A stretch of DNA of 32,000 bases from Wallemia ichthyophaga EXF-994 (taxonomy: Eukaryota > Fungi > Basidiomycota), in contig NW_008806276.1 of assembly GCF_000400465.1 (NCBI RefSeq), positions 180,001 to 212,000 of the forward strand. Reading direction: 5' to 3'. Position numbers and translations under genes: made by a program. Positions within the stretch are counted from its first letter, which is position 1; every line of letters starts with the position of its first letter. Positions 22,869 through 32,000 of the stretch are shown piece by piece. The notes under the pieces are model-generated. The model did not search any database. It was not told the origin of the DNA and worked only from the letters and a program-made list of their open reading frames with translations.

Positions 22869-24457
22869 ATGGACTACAGGAAGACGCTGCCGTTGCCGCA
22901 AACGTTTTCCCATAAAATAGGCTACTCCCAAGATTCAAAATATTTTAAAAGCTTCAAGTCAACTTTCGTCAAGGAGTTTGCGCCTATAACCAGCGTGAGC
23001 TTCTCACCAAGCACGCCGCATAGATTTGCAGTGACATCTGCCACCCGAGTACAGATATATACGCCTAGATCGCAGTCGGTGGTGAAGACGATCAGCAGAT
23101 TCAAGGATGTTGCCAGGTCTGGTCAGATCCGTGGTGATGGTCGATTGGTTATAGCGGGCGACGATTCTGGTTTGGTGCAGGTGCGAGAAGATTGCGCGTA
23201 TTAATTACTCAGCTAATGCTCTACTTGCAGGTATTCGATATAAACTCCCGCGCTATCCTTCGTACATTCGACGACCACAAGCAGCCCGTCCATGTTACAG
23301 CTTTCCATCCTACAGAACAAACCAAAGTTCTTTCAGCTAGCGATGACTGTAGCGTGATACTACACGATATACCAACTCAGACTGCGCTTCATAAATTTGA
23401 CGAGCATTCTGATTACGTTAGGACAGCCAATTTCTCACCTTCTTCTCCTTATCTACTTGTTTCAGGATCTTACGATCACACGGTCAAACTTTGGGACACA
23501 AGAATGCAGCAGTCGGCCATGACCATGTCGACTGGTGGCTTACCAGTCGAATCCACATGTTACTTACCTGGCGCAGAGTCCATTGCGTCTAGCTCCGGTC
23601 CTATTGTGCGTATCTGGGATATCATGGCAGGTGGCAGATGCAGGAAAGCGTTCAGTAATCACCAGAAGGCTGTCACATCGCTATGTGTTGATGGTGATGA
23701 GAAGCGTTTGCTGACTGGTAGCTTAGACCAGATGGTGAAAGTGTACGATTTGGAGAGTCTCAACGTTACGCATACGATGCGTTTCCCTGCTCCTGTATTG
23801 TCAATAGCTATGTCGCCGGATAACATTAATCTCGCAGCTGGATTGTCGGACGGTACGCTTGCTATTCGTAGACGTCAAGCTAAGGGTGTAGAAGTCGCTG
23901 AAAAGATTGCTGAGAAGGAGGCTATGAAATCTGGTTTGTATGAGTACATGCAGGAAGCGCAAACTGTAAAACCCGTAACGCAAACCAGCGTCAAATCAGA
24001 GGGTAATCTTGCACACGACGAGTTTAAGATAGAACCAATTAGAAGATTAAAATTGAAAGAGTTTGACAAATATCTCAAGAAGTTCCAATATTCTGAAGCT
24101 TTAGATGTGACGCTAGCGAAGAAAGCTGCGCCTACAACCTTATTTGCGTTGTTACTCGAGTTGATCAATAGGAATGGATTGAAACAGGCTGTATCTGGAC
24201 GCGACGATATTGGTCTTGAGCCACTTGTTTCTACACTAGTTAAATGGATAGTCGATCCACGGTTCACTGATATAGCTGTAGTTGTCGCATCTACTATTAT
24301 AGACATATATGGAGACGTAGCTGGACAATCTGAGCTTATTGACAATCTTCTCAACAAACTGCGCAAGAAGGTTGACGACGAAATCAACGTACAGACGGAT
24401 TTCATGAATGCTAGAGGTGCTTTGGATATGATATTTGCACAATCAACACTTAGATAG
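22869..24457 (+). CDS. UTP15: U3 snoRNA-associated protein 15 (WD40 repeats plus UTP15 C-terminal domain); intron 23181-23230
   Basis: KTISRFKDVARS, IAGDDSGLVQ|VFDINSRAILR, HSDYVRT, SGSYDHTVKLWDTR and C-terminal FQYSEALD...ELINRNGLKQAVSGRDD. Confidence 0.92.
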
Positions 24458-24497
24458 ATTTGATCATAATTTATTGTAATTTATATATACAAACACT

Positions 24498-26412
24498 TTA
24501 CAAACTACTCACATATTCGATGAGATGTTCCACAATTTCACGTTGTGTGGGTGATCCATCGTTATTTGAAGGTTGTTCGCCCATGTTATCAGCGTACTCA
24601 TGTAGAATAGATGTAACATCCTTGAATGACACTCCGCGACGGTTGAGGAGCAACTCAGTGTGGTCTTTGATTCCGTCGTCTTCCATCACTAGCCAGGCCA
24701 AAACGTAGTCTGATAGCTGCAAGGTAAACAACCCATCTTCCAATCTACCTAGGTAGGCCTCGTCTTCTTCTATATCCATCTGACTATCCTGTTCAATGCG
24801 TACTTTCACTCTACTCGCAGCGTTTTCACGAATCTCCAACAATCTATCAACTTTCTCGTAATCATTCTCGACAAACTTGGTTAACAAACGAACTCTGCCG
24901 AGTGTGTCTGATCCCAAGTTGGAAAATAATGACACTAGTATACCCAAAAGATGTTCTTCCTGTTCTTGTACCGATACAGCTCCAAGTGCGCTCTTCTTAT
25001 GAGGAACTTTATTCATGAATGCACCAAATAAGCTTGTCAGCCCATTGGCTTCGATAAATGCTTCACTATTGAGTGAGCCTTCTGGTCCTGACATGGCATG
25101 ATCTAATGTCTTGATAGCGCGTGACCTTGACATCAACTTCTCCTGTGCTATCAGTACCATCAAGTCGACTCCTTCCGCATCCTTGAACTGAACCTTTGCG
25201 AGTGGTTCGGCCAGCACTGTACAGAGTGCGTTATAAGCGTTCTCCAGAAACTCCAATTCTTCAGCATCTTTGGGGTCTTTTTTCATATAGTGCTGAATTG
25301 TGTTGTGAGTGTTTTTGATGGATATTTTATATTCAACCCACCGACAACGACTGCAGAATACTATCAAGACCATCTTTTTGCTCCAACACGGCCATTCTAT
25401 TCTTAGACGAATCCTGTAGCACGATAGCTAGGATTTCTGACGCGTATTGCTTATTCTGGTCGTACTCTACACGAGTGATGCGCTTGAGCAACCAAGGTAA
25501 TATGTTGGTGGATGAAATCAGCACCTCTGCCAGCTCTGGCCTGAGTGAAATCAAATTCTCAAGTAAAGCGAGAGTATGATAAACACCCTCGACATCGCTA
25601 TCTTGATCCTCGTTCAATCTCTTCAGATTAGATACCAGTAATTCTAATATCTGAAGCTGTAGGATGGTGTCTACGAATGAGTTAAGATGAATTCTACCCT
25701 GATCAACGTCATCTACGGCATCCAAGATATCCTCATCAGTCAACTCCTCTAGCACTTCGACCACATCAAGCGAAATATCTGTATTATCATGAGATAACAA
25801 ACCAACCAGCTGCTCCGTTGCGCCAGTGTTGATAAGCTGTGGATAGGATATAGATGGATTCTGTGCGAAAGTTTTGAGTTGATGTAACGCGCTATCCAGA
25901 TCAGCCTCTGAGTCAATAAATTGATGTGGATCGTCTGGGTATTTACCTCTAAGCTGAGTATTTTTGCTAATGACTCGCTCTAATTGCTGTAGCTGCTTCT
26001 TAATTGACGCTGGTGACAGTGTCAACTCCTCGCCGCCTTTATCGGCTTTATCGAATACGTCGAGTATTGTTGACTGCTCTTCCGTCAATCCGCCACCAAA
26101 GAATCTACCGTCTTCGTCGTCTTCTTCAAATTCGTCGTTGTTAGCATCAATGTACTCGACTGTATCGTCTTCATCTTCATCTGCTATCGTCACAGCTCTA
26201 CCCTTTCCTTTACCGTTGTCTGGTGCTGATTGTGCGTCATCCTGATTTTCCTGAAGCCTGACTTTCTTGATTGCTTCCTCGGATGCTGGCTCGAATCTGC
26301 GTTTATTCTTACCCGAAGGTAGTTGAGGGAGCTTGAACATTTTAGAGACCTTTAATCAAATCTGTAAGTTACCGGATTCGAACCTAGGGCTCTCTAGAGA
26401 ACTCACATCCAT
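24498..26412 (-). CDS. CTNNBL1: Beta-catenin-like protein 1 (NTC/Prp19-associated splicing factor); introns 26350-26406 and about 25330
   Basis: EDDEDGRFFGGG, LRGKYPDDPHQFIDSEADLD, LLSHDNTDI, NKQYASEILAIVLQ, EELEFLENAYNALC and KYDRL-like EKVDRLLE. The first exon MD splices to VSKMFKLP. Confidence 0.92.
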
Positions 26413-26457
26413 GATGATAGTTTCGATTCAAGATAGCGTTTCTTAATCTCAGACGTC

Positions 26458-26792
26458 ATGGCGGGGGCTTCTAATCGCAAATTTCAAGATAAATTGCAAT
26501 CGCAGGCGAAATCAAATGAGGCTGTTACAAGGTCAGTTCTTTTCCTCTACTAACTCCATTCCAGCTCACTCGGATACGTAGATCGTCCATGTCCAAGTTG
26601 ATTGCTTTCTCGCTAGCTTTGGTTTTGCTACCAATATCCGTTTACTTTGTATCGCTGAATAGAATATTCACGGGTAACTCCACATACGCTGCCATTACAG
26701 CTGCAATCACTGCCAACGTCGTCCTAATCTCTTACGTCGCTATGGCCATTTTAGAAGATGACAGCGGCATCAAGCAAAAGAAATCAGAATAG
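26458..26792 (+). CDS. VMA21: V-ATPase assembly factor Vma21 (two TM helices, C-terminal dilysine); upstream exon from 26458 probable, core ORF 26589-26792
   Basis: KLIAFSLALVLLPISVYF...STYAAITAAITANVVLISYVAMAILED and terminal KKSE (KKxx ER-retrieval). The acceptor joining the upstream exon is ambiguous. Confidence 0.8.
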
Positions 26793-26922
26793 TTCCAACA
26801 TTATGTATTCCTAACTTTTAATTATACATGAAACAAATGAGTGAAAATTCTTAAAAACATTAAAACCATTAAAAACATTAAACGAGTGTCATTAAAGAGC
26901 GCAAATATAATAGCGTTATCTT

Positions 26923-29900
26923 TCAAATTGCATATCCGTACCCTGATTCCCCTTTCAAACTATACCCTGATTTGCTTTGTGGTAAATACGACACGCGATT
27001 TGAAGCTGGCTTCGCACTCCCTTCCGAGCTCACACTGCGCGCCGACATGGAATCCATCGACGATGCAGATGCTTCTCTTTTGTGAGAATACGAGCGTGGT
27101 GTCATAATACTATCAAACCCAGCAACACTACTTGCAGAAGACGTAGCCGTCAACGGTGGTGTCTGTAATGAGTTATTGTTGAAATATCCAAATGAACTTG
27201 ACTGCTTGTTTGGTCCTAACTCATCTAATCTCGTTGGACGTGCTTTCCTTGTACTGTTGCTAGCTGCAGAAGGAGGCACTGACTTGATCGTGTTCATCGA
27301 TTTGGAATTAAAAGATCCCAGACTACTCTCTACTGCTGCGTTAATACGTCGGTCATATTGAGTCGTACGCGAGTTGTGCTGTGGCGCCTCTATCGATGCT
27401 CTAAACGACTTCATCGATGGGAGCGATGGCACATGCTGCGAATCTCTATTGCGTACACCTTCCAATCCACTCGCAAACGACGTCTTCTGGGCTGGTGCAG
27501 AATATGGAAGTGTTGGAAGTGCCTTCTTCTCCAATTCCTTCTTTTGAGGAAGAAGTAAAGAAATTCTTTCTTTACTCTGCTTGCGAGGTGCATACTCTTC
27601 GACTGGTGGGACGCTAGATGAACGCGCTGCTTTCCATGCCGCATCCATTGCCATCCTGGCTCTTATCTGTTGCTGCTCAAGGTCACTGCGACGCTTCTCA
27701 CCAGAGGGATCGGCGTGTATTGAGTCAAATTCATTTTCCATCGTATGCAGCCAGCTAGTGTTGCTCTTAGCGGCCTTGCTTGCGTTTCGCTGAGGCAGCA
27801 CTGAGTTATCGATTGGCTGCTGACTGATTCTCCGACTCCTATTCTCATCCTTGTAGGGCGATGGTGTGGATCTGGGTACCGTCGAGATAGAGTTGGATGG
27901 TTTCAGCCACGTGTTGCGCGTGTTTTTGTCGTTATTTTTCTTTTCTAGCACTTGAGCCTGCGAGAGGACGTTGGGAGTGGCCTTAAAGGACGAGAATCGA
28001 GGTGGGTGAATCATTTTCGGCTCGCTGTGATCTATGTTCATATCAGCCTCCCTCAATCTTCTTCTACGTCGATTATTTGGTTGCTCGTCCGATGGTTCCG
28101 TCTCTTCCGCTATCTTTGGAGAAAGCGGAGTAGGCATCCAATCTCGCAAACTGAGCGACGATATTTCAGCTCTTTTCTGAGCTTGTGGTTTGGCGGTAGC
28201 ATTGGCGGGTTTCTGATTGGCTTTTGGCGATGCTTCAGTAGCCTTTGGCTTGGGTGGATCAGCCGCCACTGGTTGCTCGGATATTCTGCGCAGCTGTGTC
28301 TGGAGCTTCTTCTGTGATTCCGGAGAGATATGTATCACCTTGTTGTCTTCCACCATATCCTCCTCTTCCTGAGAAGAACGCGACGAGTTTGAAGCGTTGG
28401 TGACATGGAATGTTGACCTTGTAGTGCGATCGTCTATTGAGCCATTAACACTGCAATTTTTAATATGATTCCCAGTTTGTGTTTGCACTGTTTCTGGTAC
28501 TGTTGGTGCTGCTGATGCTGGCTTCTGACTCCTTTCACAGGTGATGCTATCGAGAGGGGACTCCGGTAGCTCAATTTCGTCGGGACCAACAGCGGGCAGT
28601 GCGATTTCTTGTGGAGGCGTTTTGTCTGTGTCTAAGAGCTCCACGCCGTCGTTTAGCTCTGGACGATCGCGGGGATCGAGCTGGAATGAAAAGGATGGTG
28701 GAAGGCTGTCCTTTGATTTCGATGAAAGCATGGACGCAGAGCCTCCCGATTGACGCATGTCTTCAAGCTTCTGTAGATCGTGTGAGGGTGAGTGTTTTGC
28801 CTTCCAGCCAATACATACCTTGGCCATGTCCGCTATCTTCTTCTGTAAAGCTTTGACCTCATCGTCATCATAGATTGACACTGAGTCACGTAGAGTTTTC
28901 TCCGTTTCCAGATCCTTCTCCAACTTGTGCATGTCTTGATTCGCCATCTTTGTTATGTCTTGACTTTCCGGCTTCTCGATATCGTCACTCTCTACCTTAT
29001 CCATCTTCACGTTCTCTGCCTGCTCCAAGTTCTCGTTATCTACCTTGTCTACTTTCTCAGAATCATCATTGGTGACATCAAGTGATTGAGAAGGAGTGAC
29101 GGTACTCAAGCTATCACGACTTGGACTGCTTGTCAATACCAACCCTGATATCTGCTGCGAAGGACTTCTTGTTGGACTGTAATCGAGTGCATCTTCGCTG
29201 CTCTCATCGCCCTCATACTCGCTTACTTTGAGTGGTGAGAGTGGTCTCAAGTCAAGCAGCGGCGGTGGGGAGGAGAAGTTTGAAAAGGTGTCTGAGAAGC
29301 CATCTTCCGTGCTTTTAGAGTCATCGTTAAATGAGTCAGTTGACATGTGTTTCTTGACGGCCTCCAAGCTGGAAAATATCTTTGAACGGTCCTTGGCGTC
29401 TTGGTCACTCTTGAAGAATTCACTCCCAATGGTGCAATGTCCCTCAACGTACTCAGACACGTTGAGCACATCGTTACTGCCGTTAGAGATCACCTCTTCA
29501 TCTTCTCTAGGCGATTCAAACCTTTTTCCCTCGAAGAAACCAAATTTCTTCGAATTTGGGCTAGGACCTAGAGCCATCAGCGACGACTTGTCGAGCTCCT
29601 TCTTAGAGCTGCTAGGGCTGAGGACTGACTTATCGAGTTCGAACGACGTGAGTGAGTCGTCTTTGGTGTATGAATTGAGAAATTGAGAGGGATCGAAGCT
29701 GTTGTTGCCATCGTTGAAGCTGCTCAGAGTGCTACTGTTGACCATTTGGTTGTTTTCATGACTGATGCTGTCATTTTTGGTATCGCCAGTCTGATCGGCT
29801 GCGTTGTGAGTAGCGTGCTCTTTAGAAGGCGACGATCCAAAGCTTCGAGTGTCTGGTGTACCTGGAGTGCTGCGAACATTTACACTAATCCCAGAAGACG

Positions 29901-30973
29901 ATCTTTCGTTAGGGATTGAAGATGAAGAGGAACCGATTTTGATAGCCTGCAAGCTGAATGGGATCGAGTGAAGTGAAGAGTACTTGTTGGACGCTCCACT
30001 ATCCGCCTTTCTAACTGAAGGGCTTGAGTTTGAGCGCTTGCGAGTAGTAGCTGTATTTAACGCATTGTTGAGGCGTGCTTCGATGATTTGGCTCTCCTGT
30101 AACGGTGGTGCACCTGAAACTGTCGAACTTCTCCCCCTACCCAATATAGGTGGATTGGGGGGTAATCGGGATGGACGAGGTGGTGGTCCTGATTGCATAG
30201 GCGATGTGCGCATCCTGTGTTTTGTACTTAGTGAAAGTGAAACACACGACTCCTCACTCACGTTGAATAGATAGAAACGCTCTCGAATGACTCATCACTC
30301 ACGCTGTGTCTTAAACTTTTGTTCCTCATCCCAAGTCCTTTGATTGATTGAGTGAAAGATACCTTTGCAGTGCGAGGCGGTGGAGAAGCACGCTCGTTCT
30401 CGTATGATTCCAACCTCTTTTTGAGAAAGTTGGACATTCCAATAAAGGGAATAGGCCTTCTAGTACGTGGTGGACGCTTCGGTGGCTCTGTTTTGGAAAA
30501 TGAATTGATGTCACCACTAGGACGACCGAGCCTGGACGATTGAGAGTCTCTGTACCTGTATCAAGATTGAGTTGTGCTGATAATTGCTGTTTTACAATTT
30601 ACACTCACTGGAATTCTATATGCGTGCTATCATCCCTGTTGCTGGAGGATGACATCATTGAAGCCTCTCCGCCGTGATAGATGGCTGGTATCTTGGGCAC
30701 AGGTGGAGCAAAGGGATCAGCTTCCTTAGTGAAGAGCTCTGGTGACTCTTTGAATTGTTTGTCGGGGTTGCCAGCAGATGAGCTGGTGCTTTTCGAGCGT
30801 CTGCGGGTGTGCAGATCAGGTAACGGATGGATAAGGGAGTCACGTATGTCGTGCAAAGATACTGAGCTAGGGAATGGCAGCTGAAGCGGCCGTGAAATTT
30901 CCTTCTTCTTCTCCGCCGAACCAGGCTTCTTCAACTGAGACTTTGACTTTTTCTTGAACAATGTGAATCCCAT
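26923..30973 (-). CDS. Large (~1300 aa) Ser/Pro-rich, probably disordered protein of unknown function; 3 coding exons (introns 30556-30608, 30215-30261)
   Basis: The 122-aa ORF (30605-30973), an open middle exon (YRDSQSSRLGRP...SIYST) and the 1112-aa ORF join in frame through two GTGAGT...CAG introns. No recognisable globular domain. Confidence 0.75.
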
Positions 30974-31846
30974 GGTTTTTTAAAAGAAAGATTGACTGCT
31001 ACACCGCTTTAGCTGCAATAGAAAAGCGCGCATCGTTAGTGATTGATTTCGTGAAAGGTGATGTAAGGGACGGCTTACCTAGAACGTTTGAGAATATGGG
31101 GATCTGTATGACTTGGCTGGAGCTGCTTGAATGAAGACTCTGGAGCTAATTAATTTGCTTGATTGGCTTTCTTACTTCTTTTCTTCTTTCAATAGCGCGT
31201 TACTCTCCTTAGTGTCGCTGCTACACTCCCCTCAATCCTCTGTGAGCGTCTGCGTTAGAATTGCAAGTGCCTGTTTACTCGCATACTCATTCCTCGCTGT
31301 TCATTCTCGAGTCTCTCCTCGCTCAGGTATGACAGCACGTCTGACATGCTCGGGAGGTATGGGCCTGACAATCGATACACGCTTCTAGACGTCTGTGTGT
31401 CTGACAGTGTGTCTTTATATCCGCGTTTTTCATATGCGCTATTATTTATCCTCACAGCGGGTAACTGGCTGCGGATGCTGCACGTGCATCATTAATAAGG
31501 TTGCGCGATGATGCAATACGATGCACAAGGTCCCAAGAAGAAATTTCTGGTACAATTTTGACAGCCTAATCTGACATATGTACGCGTAGCTTGAGTAAAA
31601 CGCGTTGAATTTGGTATGAAATTGATCGAACTTGGATGTTTATGGTGAGGCGTTTAGCTTGAATGACTTTTCAGAGTTGCTTAAAATATCTGTGCTATTC
31701 TTTGTGTGTATTTTCGCGCTTCAAAGTAGGTTGATTTCGATTGATTGTATGCTCAACTCATTGTTACGTGATTCACAGTTCCAATAGGTAGCTTAAAAGA
31801 TGCTTACATAAATTTAGTCTAATTTAAATCGAAAACTTATGAAAGC

Positions 31847-31864
31847 ATGATGATGATGATGATG
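31847..31864 (+). repeat. (ATG)6 microsatellite
   Basis: Six tandem ATG units read directly. Confidence 0.8.
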
Positions 31865-32000
31865 AAATCCGAATATATTGTTGAGACGATACATGTTTAA
31901 AACTGCTTCCATCAACACTTCTTAAAGCATGAAGATTCAAAGGGGGTGTGGAATTTGCTGGAAGCGTTTCTTGATTAGCATCGTAATCTCTAAATTGTTG

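Noticed and set aside
26360-26460. tRNA or C/D snoRNA around GGTTCGAATCC and ATGATGA
   Set aside because: There is no T stem, D arm or matching D box, and the sequence is explained by CTNNBL1 exon 1 and intron 1. Only the B box is retained as a finding.
26851-26882. Short imperfect tandem repeat (TTAAAAACA-like x3)
   Set aside because: AT-rich low-complexity sequence between convergent 3' ends; no spacer structure.
2244-30884. Numerous antisense or overlapping ORFs in the track (e.g. 14980-15381, 20193-20633, 23875-24405, 29228-29686)
   Set aside because: They are shadow frames of well-supported genes on the other strand or frame.
1-32000. CRISPR arrays, rRNA, spliceosomal snRNAs, prokaryotic operons or defence systems
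   Set aside because: None seen; the sequence is intron-containing fungal nuclear DNA.

Overview
Eukaryotic, not prokaryotic: a gene-dense fungal chromosome segment with short (about 36-66 nt) GT-AG introns and CTAAC/CTAAT branch sites. It is most consistent with a compact basidiomycete such as Wallemia (inference, not a database match). Housekeeping genes in order: sphingoid base kinase, tricalbin, Rab5/Vps21, Yhm2 carrier, class I hydrophobin, F-box protein, amino-acid permease, Dbr1, glutaryl-CoA dehydrogenase, TCTP, Utp15, CTNNBL1, Vma21 and a ~1.3 kaa Ser/Pro-rich protein. There are two ordinary intron-containing tRNA genes (Val-AAC, Arg-TCT). The main discovery is a circularly permuted tRNA-Arg(ACG) gene at 9968-10044 on the minus strand. 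Its 3' half precedes its 5' half, the break is exactly at position 37/38, a 4-nt spacer separates the halves, a Pol III terminator follows, and A-box/B-box-like motifs lie in the leader. To my knowledge permuted tRNAs are described in algae and an archaeon, not in fungi. It borders an accessory-looking block in which two homologous non-LTR retrotransposon 3' remnants each sit head-to-head just upstream of a tRNA gene and together bracket an F-box gene. Intron boundaries were read by eye.
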